Below, in pieces: positions 12,657 through 26,800 of a stretch of 64,000 nucleotides of DNA. Numbering within the stretch: position 1 is the stretch's first letter; each line of letters starts with the position of its first letter. Position numbers and translations under genes: made by a program. Source of the DNA: Oculina patagonica (Eukaryota); contig NC_135760.1 of assembly GCF_052425735.1 (NCBI RefSeq), forward strand, positions 13,392,001 to 13,456,000, read 5' to 3'. The notes beneath the pieces were generated by a model. It was not told the origin of the DNA. It saw nothing but the letters and a program-made list of their open reading frames with translations, and did no database searches.

Positions 12657-15600
12657 CTTGAATTACTTGAAATTGAAGCCTGGGTCCCAGACTCCTTGCG
12701 GCTGGTGGGGGCGAGGGCCGAGGGATCTTTGAGACTACTAGACTCTTTTTTTTATCCTAGACCTTCCTTGGTCTGCTAAGTGGACAGGATACTATGCCCG
12801 GAAATAAAACTCTCTAAACATAATAATGTCAAGCTCGAAACAAGTCCTACAGTCGTTAAACAAACATAGGCACGCTAAGCGTGCAGGAGTTATTTTTTAA
12901 ATTTATGGGGTGGCTTGGGGTGAAACTGGGTGATTGTCCTGTTGGGATGGTTTATGCCATGGGTTGAGCTATTTGTGTATGGCGCCCCACGGAGTCACTT
13001 TTTTGCACAAAGTTTGCTTGCAAACAAAATAATTTTTACATGCATTTTGATACATCAGAACTGTTTTATTTAATACGGAAATTTTCATCATTTGATTAAA
13101 AAACAAAACTAATTCAATTGTCAAAATGTCACAAAATGGCACGTTCTTATTCTGTTTAAAGCGGTTATTTTGTTGCTAGCTTTGTAGCAACCGTAACAGG
13201 TTGCTTTTGTTTGTTACTTACGGAATACTTTTGGCTTTTTGCCAAACACTGTAACATGATACCGTTATTTTTCTCACTTTTGTAACATGATACCTTTGTT
13301 TTTTTTTAAAACGAACGTAACACGATAACCTTTGTTTTTCTTGAAAAAGCCACGTCTCCATATAGACATTGAACGAAAAGTACTATAATAAACGAAGTAA
13401 TAAACGAATCAACTAAAAAAACCACTCTCTTCGGAAAAGTTCTTTAAAGCGCAGTACACCTGGAGTATTTGTTTCCTGTCAAAACTGTTCAACAAAGATT
13501 TTCGTTCATTTACAACGTAAATTCTATTCAACAAACGAGAACTAATTGAGTTATCAAGTTGTCACGAAATGGCACGCTCTTATTCGGTTTTTGCTATCGA
13601 TCGTAGTTGCTTTTAACAGTTAAGTTACTTGTACCGGTTCATTAAATGTTTGAACGAAATGTTTTACAGTTGATTTCAGTTTACTTTGGCCGCCCGCTTT
13701 GCGAAGTTTGTTGAGAAATTGGAAACTTTGTTATGAAGTTGCCAATTACGGTGCGAGTTTGCGAATCAAATTGCAAACATCGATACAAATTTCCCGACTT
13801 CGGCCCGACTGAACTTTCCAAGTTTGGTAGTTGAGGAGAAACAAGACATGTTGCTCGAAAGTCATGGCAATTTCTGAACTCCAAGATTTTAGAACTTGTC
13901 AAGGAAAGTTGCTTGAAGTGCAAGACAACGTTTCGCATCAGCGATCACGCAAGTGATTGGCCGATAAATAAATTTCATACATGTAGAAATTTGGTCAAAT
14001 TTTAACTTTTTTGTATGAAAACACATATTTAACGATTTCTGTGAGGCATAATCTTCACTGTCTTCAATTTCAAGTCTTCTGCGTTTGAAAACCGGATGAA
14101 ACTGGATGGTTTACTCATATGTAAAATTGATTTTAATCGAAGCCGACGCGACGCGACAGGGAAGACTAATTTGTTCGAGACAACATGTTTACGGCTCGCT
14201 GAACATTTCTTAACGTCGCTGAACGTTTTTTATTTTTATGACATTTGTTTCCAACAGTTTAGCGTAACAAAGCCCTTTTTGATAACATAACTACAGAAGG
14301 ATTTAATAAATTCGGGTCGAAGTTGGGAACTTTGTATCGAAGCTCACAATTTGATTCGCAAACTACGAATACGTTTCAAATCCATGATAATTCACAACTC
14401 ACCAATTAATCTTTCAACGAAAACGAACTGCGACACGCTGCGACACACAATTTCGTCAGATTACTTCGCCTTTATAAACTGCAATTTGATTGGTTCTGAT
14501 AGTACCTGAAATCTGATTGGTGTGACAAACAAACATACTTCACTGATCCACTGACCCACTGACCCACTGACTGAGTCACGGAACATCGCGCTGACTAAAG
14601 AGCTATTTTGAAAAAATAACTCAAAAAGTGGTAGCTAGTGGGGGGTAACAGCCCAATTATTTTTGAAAACATCTTTACCTTACTCAGTTTCAGATTAACA
14701 CTGGTAGCATTCATACGCCATTTTAGACCTGATTGAAAAATTGATACCAAATTTCATTCCTCTAAAACTCAGTTCTGCACTGTACGATTTTTTTCCACCT
14801 GGTGCCCAGTCTTCTTGGTGCACTTTTCGCGGACTGCGTGGTATGACGTCACAGATTCAACAGAGAGCAGAACTTTCTCAGTTTCTTTTCTTCATGTACT
14901 GTTGTTCATGTATTGTTCATGTTTTTGAAAGACCAGAAAGGTGAGAAGGCTAAGAAAGTTTTCAGTTAATAACCCTATTTAATAGTGATAATTTTGCTGT
15001 AGGAATTTCTGGCAGCAGACTTTGGCTTTTGGTCTTTTACACCAGCCAGTCAAAGCAAGAACCGAACGAAAATATAAGCTTAACTCTTACGTATTTGGCA
15101 AAGCGTCGGATTTTTGTAAACGTGATAGTGATAACAAGAGCTAACTCGTTAATCTGAACTTGGATGCTTTAAGATCACAAATTGGGGGAGTTAAAGATAT
15201 CATACAACGAATTTAAAGCGAGTTGGGGGTCATTTTGGGAAAAATTTCCTTTGAAGCCCCTACTTAATAATTAATGCATAAGCTTACAACAATTTCTTTG
15301 TCTGTTTGACACTGTCTTCACACGAGTGGAAGTCATGAGTTTAACAAGACTTAAAAATTCTATGCACGATTGAGTATGTGGTTTCATGTAAACCTTCCCC
15401 TATTATTTAATTATAAGGATTTACAAGCATATCATTTAGCCATGTATCAGTTTGAAACTCTGCCTTTCATAAAATTTCTTATTTCCAAACTTTAAAATAA
15501 CAAATAACTTGTTCTGTTTAAAACACAAATTATTAGAGTCTTGCAAGTCACACAAACAAATTTGTGTGATTTTGTAATTATATATTTTTGCTCTTAGTTT

Positions 15601-15681
15601 CAAATGTGAATAAATTTTGTAACAGAATAATATTTTAGTTGTGTTCAATTTTTTCAATTTTTTTCAACCTCAGACTAGAAA

Positions 15682-18600
15682 ATGTCTAGAGATATGTCAG
15701 CAAAAGTTTATGTCGGAGGTCTTGGGAACAGTGGAGACAAACAAGAGTTGTGGAGAGCGTTTTCCAAGTATGGTACATTGCGTGACGTGTGGGTGGCAAG
15801 GAGTCCCCCAGGATTTGCATTTGTTGAGTTTGCAGATTGCCGTGATGCAGAAGATGCTGTTAGAAATATGGATGGAAGGAGGCTTGGAGATAAGAAATTA
15901 CGAGTAGAAATTTCAAACACAAGAAATCGTGGTGGAAGGGAAGGAGAAAAAAGGGGGGGTCGCGATAGTGGTTACCGTGGCGGCGGCAGTAGATACAACA
16001 GACGCGACGATTTCAGTAGACGTGATGATGACTTTGGTGGTCGTGATCGAGCGTACAATGATCAACGATTCTCACAAGCACGTAGAAGGTATGAGTGTTT
16101 GATAGCCGTGGCCCTGTTAGCTGTTTTCTAATCAAGTGCATGTGAAAATTAACAACCATTTTGGAAATACAAATTAATTTGATTTAATGTCGTGTTACCA
16201 GCAGCATCAGAACTTCTTTTTCAAGTCAGGAATGTGCTTAAGTACTATGTTATCACGTTTGTTGTTCAACCAAAATCATGCGAAAATGAATAAGAATTCA
16301 AACCAAATCAATGTTGAAATGAGTCTACATTGTTTACTTCACATTGCCCCAGTGAGTCCCTGAATCAGTTTATATCAGACATTTTTGAGCACTTTTTCAC
16401 TTTTTTTCATTGATCATGATTGCCATTCCTCTAAAGAAGGAATTAGTACTTACATTTCATTTGCACTTTGAAATATTGACAATATTTTAAAATATTTCTC
16501 ATCACTATGTACATGGAATTATTTTACTTAAATTTATATCACATATTTAAATTGAAAACCCACTAGTATATAAACAACTAACAGGGCCTTGTTATAATAT
16601 ATTCAGTTCTCTTTTATAAAATAAACTGTAAGATAATTTATTTAATGTTTAGCTTTTAGACAGAGCTTTACTAATGAGGTTGCCATTACTATTTTTCTAG
16701 GTGATTAATTCAGGGTTTGTAGTCTTTACAAACCCATTCAACATCTCAACTTACAGGCCGAGAACTTTATGCTCCCAGCAAAAGTTCAAAGTAGCATCTG
16801 GGATATCTTCATCCTTCACTTCCTCCAACATCTCTTAATCAAAAAATTCTACAGCTCATCTTCTAAGTCAACATCAGAGGCATGATTCCTTGAGACGTCT
16901 ACTGTACCCTTCAACATTTATCTCAATTCTTCAAAATCTTACCCGCACCTCCCCAAAATGGGGTTTCTGCATGCATCTGTTTTGGCTTGATGTGTCAGCA
17001 GCAGGAATTCTTGCACTCAAAAATGCTTGCAAGCTATAGTTCAGAGAAGGTTGTGTGTTCAGCGTGAGCAAGGAGGGTTCATGATCCAGTCAGCAGCAAA
17101 TAGTTTAAGAGAGCAGCGGTCCCTACTGCTGTTGTTTACCGACAGACGGAAGCCTGAGTCGCACCCCCCAGGAGAGGTCCCTTTAACACCGACTACCTGT
17201 AATTTAATTCCTGAAGCTGATTGTTGAATTGATGCATCAAAACACCATACTTGTCATATTTATTCGTCATGTAGTGCATCACTTCCTGTAAAGAGATGTA
17301 AGTGTCACAAGGGTAATTTATGTTGAAGACCTTCGCATGTTTATACGTAGACGATAGGAGAAGAAACTTACATGCTTTGCAGAAAATTAGAGAAGTTTGA
17401 GCACAAACCTTAACTTGGAATGCTTTCATCATGTTTAAGAGTGACAGTTCTTAGAGTGGTCATGAGTAACTAGTAAACTGTCGGCCTTATTAAGCTATCA
17501 TTTTCCTCCTTTCCAAAACACTGATGTAATTATTACTGTTCCAAAAATCCTGGGAGTACTTTTCTTATTACACTGAGCAAAGTTCTTTTTTATATTTCTA
17601 TTTGGGAAATGATATTATTATAATGATTTTTTTTCTTTATTATCATTTATTAAGAGTATGATAATGTTTAAAAAGTTATAGTAATGGTTTAACTATTCTG
17701 TTATTTATTTTGTGTTATTTCTGTGATGTTATTTTTCTCAGATCTCCTCCACCAAGATCTCACGAGCATTCTCCACAGTAAGTCATTTATAATATGAAAA
17801 GTTATCTTGTTTCTTTGATCTTCTGAGTCACAATCATTGTGTAGGGATGTAGTTAGGAAAAAACTAAACAGGCTCATCGACGAGCCCAGTTGGCTTTTCT
17901 GGCCTGTAAACTTTCAAAATTACCACAAATCATTGTTTGCTAGTGAAAAGCTCTGTTAGCTAAATGTTAGCTGGCTCTTAGCTACATCCCTGGTAATCAA
18001 TATGCCTGACAAAATCTCAATTAAGCCCCCCTTTAACTACTCCCCATAGATTATCTCTGCCACCTTGTACATGTTGGTCACCCATAGATCTACCTTATTA
18101 TAGGAAATTAACGATACATGTTATTAACACGAATTTCAAAAATTCGCGTTAATTTTATTGATGTAATTAATATAAACATGTTTACTATAATCATTTAACC
18201 AGAACTTTTCTTAAATTTGCGTTAATTTTATTATGCATCAATTTTGTTCGCATTGTTAAAATGCCTCGTTATATTCCTGTAATAAGGTATTTTGATTTGT
18301 GGCACTTGTCTGCCTCTCCCTGCCCCCTCCCCCCCCCCCCCCAAAAAAAAAAGAGAAAAAAAAGTATCTGGGGTTGCTTGTGCTGGTTTAAGAAAGATTC
18401 AGGCTCATGTCTACCATGTGCTAAGTATTTTTTTGACTTCTCTGTATGTTTCACATGTAATTGGGTTGTGTTTTAGTACAAAACTGTCATTCTAACTCGT
18501 GTTTGTTATTGCTTTTGCAGGGGGAGATACAGCCGCAGAAGAAGCAGATCCCGCAGCCCAGTAAGGCGTTAAGATTGCATCCAGCTAATGCAGGAAAACT

Positions 18601-18844
18601 TTCTCTTGTAGGTGTGTTAATTGTAGTGTTAAACTTGGTGTTTTTGTTAGCTTGTATGCTCTGTTGCATTTTAGAAATGAATTTAATTTCCATGTGGTTT
18701 ATCTGGAGAACATGCCATGGCTATTGAGCAATCAAAGCACTTATTTATTGTAATTTTATTGATATTATTGAAATTTGAACTGTTCCGTACATAATTTAAT
18801 AATATATATTTTTGTTTTTATTTCAGAATCGAATAAACAATTGA
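15682..18844 (+). CDS. SRSF3: SR splicing factor SRSF3 (SRp20)-like; coding exons 15682-16088, 17742-17777, 18521-18560 and 18827-18844, with a 5' UTR exon ending at 14940
   Basis: The [11 protein letters not shown]...[33 protein letters not shown] closely matches SRSF3/SRSF7. There is no zinc knuckle. The RS tail RRRSRSRSP is in the small exons, and the GT-AG junctions keep frame. Confidence 0.8.
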
Positions 18845-20645
18845 GTAGCAAGTACCAAAATGTAAATAAGAAGGATCTGGTTCCTTATACGTTATTTCCT
18901 GTATCACCATTATGTTACGTCATTTAGTGGAAAATTGGCAAGCCAAAGCACAAAATAGTAAAATTAAATATTAACTAAGATATAAAATATCTACAGAAGT
19001 ATAACATTGTTACAAAAGCACATTTGATTTTCAAGAGAGTTCAACATCTAAATTCTTCTTACAAATATATCATTACTTTGTCAAGCAGACTGGGAGATAT
19101 TGTCTTGATGAATCACCTAATTCTCACAACTATAATGAAGTACTACTTGACAATCAGTAAGGAGAAGTATTCATTTGATCTTGGGGCTTTAAGACTTCAA
19201 TGTCTTTTTTTGGGGCTTCAATGTCTTTTTTGAACGTGTTTTGTTTTTTAAATAATAATAATAATTATAACCAAGTCTTGGCTAGTTAGCTTTGACGTGA
19301 CAGAAGATTATTATTTAAGAGGAGTCACTACTCAGCTCGTGTTGTTGTACTTTTTTTGTTAGACTAGCTAATTTCAGTAATTTCACCCCCAAGCCTTGCT
19401 TTTAAAGTGCAAACCTGTTTAGTTTCTGATGTATTCAATTCCAAAAGGGGTGAAGGGGTATATGAAATCAAGGGACGGAACCCATTGAGGTTCCTTTTAA
19501 TGGGATCGTTGCAGTTTTTAGGATCAGGAATCATGACAGTTGCCGACAATTTGGAATCAGGGATGAAAAGAAAATCACTAGAAATGGAATCATCAAAGAA
19601 ATGGCGGATGTTGTTACGAACCTAATAAGTGGCTAGGTACTTGAACACTGCATAGCGCTATTCTCACTGGGAGCCCTTAAACACAAACGCCCCTAATTCC
19701 TTAGGGACATCACTTGTTTGCTTCCCTGCTTCTGTATATACTCTTGGGAGTCTACTGTGCATAATTTTTGGCTAAATTAGTATAAATAGGCCTGTTTTAT
19801 TATGTTTTTCCCTCTCTTCGCTTTAACGGACGCAGGACATCAGATCGTCGCCCCACCCTCCTCCCCACAGCGATGGCCTACCTTTGTGCCTTAGCTCCCG
19901 CTCCTCTCCGCCTCCGGGCTCGCCTCTTCCCATATGTCATCCCAACTTGGGGCGTTTGGGAGTGGGGGCCCCCGGTGGGAATTTATTACTATTTTCAATG
20001 TTGCGGTAGTGAGATAGATAACATTCCGTAGCAAGATTTGAGGTAAAAAAAAATCAGAAAAACAGATTTTAGCCTACTCTGTGCACATCCGTAAGAAGAC
20101 GAATGCGCATGCACACAGGCTAATTCAAGCCCTGGACGAGAAGACTGCAAGAGTGAAATGTTTTGCCATTGTTACTCTATCCTAGTCTATTGCATTTTTA
20201 TCACAAAAAAGATAAAAGTAAATACGTGTGATTCTAGAAGCGAGTCTAGTGCTCGATCACAGTTCTCGGCGTTTAATTTGACGAAGCCCTTAATGGAGAA
20301 GTTCTGTCTTGCGAAGAAAGTTGATTACAGAGGATTCTAGTGAAAAACTCCTACTTCTTGTCAAATTAACTTCATGTATACAAAAAACTACAGCCAACTG
20401 TCAGTGAAGTTGTCCAGTGTTGGGTGCCAGTCAGAAACACACGAATGTAAATAGGCAATCAGAGACACAACACTACGCTCTTGGAGATTTCAGTCCCGAA
20501 TTTTGGAGACGAGAACATTAGCTAATAAATGTCTTATCCTCCCCCATTGGATGAAAAGAGTAGCTACATATACCGATTAATAAATAGCTCGATATCAAGC
20601 CCTATTGAGACACACCTACAAAAACCGGGGTGGGAGGCATAAGGT

Positions 20646-21910
20646 CATAGGCGTACGGGCAATTTTTTGCCAGGGGGGGCGGTGAACCATTTGCCCAAAA
20701 AATTCTCGCAAGTTGCCCAAATTTTTGCGAAACAGTCGAGACTGAAACGAGGGTCATACGATGTACTTACATAGGCCTACATATGAAGAGAAAAATATTC
20801 TATATCTATCATATGAGCTCATAAAACACGTTAAAAGAAATAGCTGTCTGCCATTTCGACGGCCGAAGATACTGATCAATGATACGATCCATGTCATTGT
20901 TGACTACACGTTGTTGCCCCATGGTGCTGCGGAGGTAAGATTTCAATCTACGCAAAGCACTGATGATTGTTCTGCAGAACAAGTTGTAGCATGTATTAAT
21001 GTAAGGATATGTACCACATTAGGAAACTTTGGAAACATCAAATAGATCATTCTCGTTCATTGTCTCCAGCATTTCTGAAACAGTCATGTAGCCTAATCGG
21101 CGCAGAAGACGACAACATATACGTATATTTTCTACCCGGCTTTCAAAATCTCGCCGTTGATTTTGTAAAATTTAGCAACGCAGGAGAAGCTTTCTTTATA
21201 TTCAATGTGACAGATATTTCCCAAAGCAAAGAGTATTTCCTGGTCATTTCCACTAAAATATGTATATCAACATATGACCCCCTTCTCGCGACACTTCAAT
21301 TTCGCGATTTGCGCGATTTTAAAATAAAATATCGCAAAAATTAAAGTGTCGTGAACATAGGATGACGCGAAAATTGAGTAACCGTCATTATTAAGGAAGG
21401 ATGAATTTATTTGTTATAAAACGTTAATAAAAGGAAGTTCATAATCATTGCTGGCTTCCACATACAAGCAACACTTCTTTGGTGCATTCATCAAACTGTT
21501 CATTCACTGGTTCTTTAAATTTAACATCCCAGTAGATTCCACGTTCTTTGAGGATGTATCCATTCTCACCGATGATTAAAGTGATTTCGGATAGGACATT
21601 TTCGCAAATCACGAAATATCCAATCTCCGAAATCGCGAAATAAACGTGTTGTGGAAATTTCATGTTTAAGGTAACCAGAAATTAACTCATCACGTGCTAG
21701 GCAACCACTGACTCTTGTAAACAAAGCTGGTTTTACCAAGCCGACTTCAGGTTAAAATAGAAAATATCTATCTCTTCGAGAAAAAAAAAAACATGGAAAC
21801 TTCTTAAAAACTCGCCTGGCCCAAATTTCTCTTGCTGCCCAAAAATTCTGAGCTGCCCAAACTTTGGGGGGGCTGCAGCCCCCCCAGCCCCCCCGGCCCG
21901 TACGCCTATG
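20646..21910. mobile_element. hAT-type non-autonomous element
   Basis: 14-bp TIR CATAGGCGTACGGG/CCCGTACGCCTATG and a perfect 8-bp TSD CATAAGGT at 20638-20645 and 21911-21918. Confidence 0.85.
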
Positions 21911-22671
21911 CATAAGGTGCGGAACTAATGAGGCAAGACGTGGTAAGTCTATGAATCGAGTGATAAGAGAAAGCAGAGGGCGGGACTCCAGGTGGTGGAA
22001 ACCGGGAGAATGGGAAACTTTACTATGCCACTTTTAACATGAGAAAACGTACGAAACAAGAAACACTAAAGAAGGGATGGAGACAGCAGTAAATTGCTAA
22101 AAGGTACGGGAAGCGGGAAGTTTAGTAACTCTCGCTATCCCTCCCCTACAAATTTTAACATTATCCATTGGCCTGATTTTTGTCAGTTTTGGCGCGTAAA
22201 AACGGATGTCTTTGTGGAAGAACTGAGCAGTTTTATTTGTTCTTGTGAAGGGTCACTATCTCTGTCATTTCACTGTTATCTGTTTAAATGCGCAGTTGCA
22301 CAGTCATGAGCTTTAACTTTTCTTAACTGCCACTAGGGTCCACTTCGTCTTTTATGAGGTGCGACCGCGCGAGACTGGGGCGACAACTAGGCAGTCTCCA
22401 GAAATGCACAAACCAAGGGGGGGGGGGGGGGGAAGAAACGAGGTCTGGGACCGAGTAGCGATGCTCTCACAAATCCTCACAACTTGCAAAGCGATCAATT
22501 CACGATGTAGTCAGCGGTTTTTGGACGATGATGCAACAGGCAATCTTTTCCCGCGAAATGGAAGCTGCTATGTCGTGGAATCACTTATTATAAAGGGGTT
22601 CAATTCTCTTAACTAAAAATCTAAAAGCAGCGTGTTTAAATCCGAAAATTTCGTCATCGTCGTGTAGTTTT

Positions 22672-22968
22672 AGTAGTATAGTACTTGGGGGTACGAAATC
22701 ATTTTTTAAAAAATAATTTCATCTCCCCAAGTACATACTACTTTCCAGTGCTGGATTTAAAACTGGATCCAAAACTGGATTCAAAAAATGGAATCAAAAC
22801 TTCTTATACTCTTTTTCAAAATTTTAGATACAGTGCGTTTAAACAAGCCTTGATATCATAACTGAAATATCAATCTGGAAAAACAAGCAAAGCCGAGTTT
22901 TATGATGTTTTTGAAATTTATTTCAAAATCTCTTATACTCTTTTTTAAAAATTCAGTGCGTTTAAAAT
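22672..22968 (+). repeat. Polinton left terminal inverted repeat
   Basis: By eye it is identical to the reverse complement of the right end for ~210 bp (to ~22882), then similar with substitutions and indels to ~22968. Confidence 0.93.
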
Positions 22969-23250
22969 CAACTCTTTTATTCCTGCTTGCCTTTTCATAT
23001 GCAAAAATCAGATTTGGTTCCCACTGTTATCATATTATTAATAATTAAATACTTCTTATCCAAGGTCATAAGAAAATTCAAAAAGCATTTTCTATTTTGG
23101 CAACTATATATAGCAACACAATAATATTTACTTTTTGATTTTTTCAGCCAATCAGAGCTTTCATTTTTTTGTCCAAAATTGTTTCTTAAATGTATAATTT
23201 TTCCGAATTGGTTTCAAAGTTGGTTGGGTTTTAGAAGCAGTTATTTCACC

Positions 23251-23625
23251 ATGGTTTACACACAAGCGCAATTGGAAGAGAAAATAATACATGCAACCGA
23301 GGTGATATCAGAGTCTTATCAGATATGTTTGGAGCTGTATCAGACACCAAAAGTTGATATTAATATGAAGCTTGATGAATTTAAACAGAATTTATCTACA
23401 ATGGATTTGGATACTGTAGAGGAGGGATTTGAGAAGGGTTTGTCGCTTTTCACAGAGATAAAGAAGATGATTTTTGAGGAACGGAAACGTCGCCGTTATG
23501 TACGACAGCTAAAGAATAAAAAGAGACTAAACAATATCAAGATGGATGTTAAATTGGTACGCAAATCCAGAAGACTACAAGAGGCTGAAAGCGTGATTAT
23601 TCACAATGGATTATCAGCAAACTGA
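23251..23625 (+). CDS. Polinton hypothetical protein (helical, basic C-terminus); likely ATG at 23251
   Basis: Open frame MVYTQAQLEEK... with a basic NLS-like stretch (ERKRRR). No recognisable family. Confidence 0.5.
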   Translation: MVYTQAQLEEKIIHATEVISESYQICLELYQTPKVDINMKLDEFKQNLSTMDLDTVEEGFEKGLSLFTEIKKMIFEERKRRRYVRQLKNKKRLNNIKMDVKLVRKSRRLQEAESVIIHNGLSAN

Positions 23626-23631
23626 ACTTGA

Positions 23632-23847
23632 TTAAATTTTATTATGGCCGTAAGCAAAACTGGTTTTACCATTTTCATGTATGTATCTTTTATCATCAAA
23701 GCAAGACAATGACACTTTATTAAGCTTGTAGCTATAAAGTTGATGTTTGTTGCTCCGAATGGTTTTCATCATATGATGCATATGTTTATTATTAAAGAGT
23801 GTCTCTCGGTAGTCTTGAAAATTGATGTCTTTTTTAATGATATTTTT
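23632..23847 (-). pseudogene. Stub of a second, divergent pPolB C-terminus (71 codons plus stop)
   Basis: Translates KNIIKKDINFQDYRETLFNNKHMHHMMKTIRSNKHQLYSYKLNKVSLSCFDDKRYIHENGKTSFAYGHNKI*, which is 47/71 identical without gaps to the end of the adjacent PolB (hand alignment). Confidence 0.9.
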
Positions 23848-23870
23848 TTATATGTTTTTTTATAGTGCGT

Positions 23871-26800
23871 TTAAAATAAACTTTGAATTTTATAATGTCC
23901 ATAAGAGTAACTATTGATCCCATTATCAAGTATGTACCGTTTATCATCAAAACAACTGAGTGATATTTTATTAATCTCATAGCTTCCGAGTTGATGATTT
24001 TGACTCCTGATGGTTTTCATTTTATGGTGCATTTGCTTGTTGTCAAATAATGTTTGCTTATAGTTTTCATGTGTGATATCTTTTTTGATGACGGATTTCT
24101 TGATTCCTTTGGCAGTCTTTCCAACTTGTAAATTGTTTTTAATATAAGAATACATTTTTGATCGCAGACCAATGAATTCTAAAATAGGAATAAAAGAAGC
24201 TTCATCTTTGAATTTACCAATGACTTTCTTGTTTGTTTTATTATAAAATGGAGAGCTTTCAGGGTAGTCACTATTGTCAAATTTTTCCTTATCATTCCAA
24301 AAGTCTTTGTAAACATCATCAGCCTCAATTTCATAGGTTAAGCTATCAGTATCTGTAAATAAAAGCCTAGCTTTATCCCCATATTTTTCTTTGATATAAT
24401 TGTAATGAAAATCATACATAAGTGTTTTGCTAAGATCTAGGATACACATCCCAATATATGCCGGCCTATTGAGAGTGAGTGTTTCTTTGATCTTATGAAC
24501 AGCTACGAGGTCTTCATTAAATATCTTACTGCTGACATAAGTTGGTTTACTTGTAAGCTTTAATAGCTTCTTTGTATTAGTTACCAATCTGACATCTACT
24601 CGCTTTCTTAAATTTTCCATGGTTTTACCGTATACTGAATTATTCATCAATTTAAAAAAGTCTTTTTCAAAAGTGTTTTTAGAATTTTTGCGTTTATCAG
24701 TATTAAAATCAATGTATTGCTTTAACCATGGAGATTGATTAAATTCTAACACTCGATGGACTTTGGTTAATTTTAAACCGAGATCTAAATACAACTGAAG
24801 ATTCTTGTAATGTAACACATATTTTTCCTTATTATTCAATGTAGGCATCAGTTTATGTACTAAACCTGTTGATATATTGTATTTTTCAGCAATGTTTTTG
24901 CAATAATCCGATAGCATATTTTGAGTTACTTTTACTTTTTCTGATCCAAGAGGATAGTCGTTATGGAGATCATGTAACTTTTTGGGGTATTCTAAGTCAA
25001 CTTCTAAAATCAAACCCTTCTTACTGTTTTCTGTATACTTAGATAAGTTTGTATTATTAATCTGCTTTTCTGTCAACCATTTAAAACCACCAGTTGGTAA
25101 AAATTGACTCATAGCCCATCCATAAAGGTTGTTTGCATCAAGATACATAATATACTTTGAGGGCACCTTTTCATTATATTCTTTCATGTATTTATTGTTT
25201 GCTTTACTATATCGATTGGCTATATAACTAATACCTCCTCTCATACCCTTTTCAATGAATTGATACATGTCAATGTCAGTCATCAACTCTAATTTAATGT
25301 CAGTCATCTTTAGCATAGCATCCCAGCTTAAACCTGGGGATGTGAAATAATGACATGGATCAAGCTTATAATACTTAAAACAGGTCTTACGGAAGCTTTC
25401 AAAAACATCTGCTAATAATAAGACATCTGATTTTAAATATAAATCATGATACTCACCCATATTTTTGATCTTAAACGTTTTCCACACATTTTTTGCATGC
25501 TTATAGTCTTTGTCTGATATATGCTCATTATTTAATATACTGTAAAATTCTTCTTTAGTTGGTAGCTCTGTATTAAATTTATCAAAGCTATCCATATAGT
25601 CATAGGGATAAACTCCTTTCCTCGACATAAGATTAAGCTTATCACCCTCAAACATTTTAGAAGTATATATTAATTTTTCTCTCGGCAGATTACTTACTAA
25701 TTTATCAAGACTGGAACTCATAAACTGGAAACTATCAAGGAATGTTAAATGATTACCGAGCATGAATGCCATATACTTTTCTATGTTGTTGGGTATAGCA
25801 TTGATATTCATCTCTTTCATTTCACCTTTTTTATTTTTATATGTATGGTTCTTAACAATACTTCCGATCTCTTGCATTATAAAGTGACTGTCATATCCTC
25901 TTAGATTATGAAAAATGACTGGTATTTTAATTTTATCGGGCTCTATTCTTAATTTAAGATTGCATTCTTGATGAGCTGATCCTCGATATTTACCAGTTAT
26001 ATGGCAATGGTCTCTAACTCGTATATCTTCGTCAGTATATTGTTTGTCACAAATATGGCATCCGTTTGCTTTTTGAAATGCATCTTCATCATCTTGAGTC
26101 ATTTTTAATGGTTTTTTAAAGAATTTTCGCATAGTCGTTTTGCAATATTTAACTTCATCTAGCATAGCTTCCATGAATTTATAAACAGCTTTTTCACCTC
26201 GGTATATCTGAACAGGCTTTGAATATTTATCATCATAGCAACAAACAACCTTATAACCATATCCACAATCTTTGTGTTTTTGATAAGCTTCAGTAAATGA
26301 TTTATCATCATTAGGCTTACAACCAGATATCTTTTCTGTTATTGCTTCAAAATCAGCATATATGGTGAATGGAACTTGCTGTTGCTTATGAAAGTTATTG
26401 AATTTCAGTATACTATTATCCTTATCAGGCATCTTTACTGCTTGAGTCCCATTGACTTGAATGCAATTATCTTTGTGATCGTTTAATACTCTCTCAGAAC
26501 TAAAGCACTGGAGACAATACATGCAAAAGAACTTCTTTTCTTTGTGTTTTGTTTTGTTATACATGAATTTATTGAAATCTTTTATTAGAATATAATGCTT
26601 GTTTTCATTTTCAGTTATCAATAATAAATTCATCTGATTGTCATACTTTTCTTTTGATATAAAAATGGGATATGGTTTCTTGTCTTCGTAACCGAAAACA
26701 TTTATATTGATTTCATTCTGTTTCTCGATTTTGTTGAACTGCTTTATATTCACAGGAAAATTAATTCCATCATAATTTAACTTTTCAACATATGCTTTAT

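Noticed and set aside
12887-14622. Possible transposon between FBXO21 and SRSF3 (GAGTTATTTTTT / AAAAAATAACTC, internal repeats)
   Set aside because: The inverted match is short and AT-rich and no TSD could be established, so the boundaries are not supportable.
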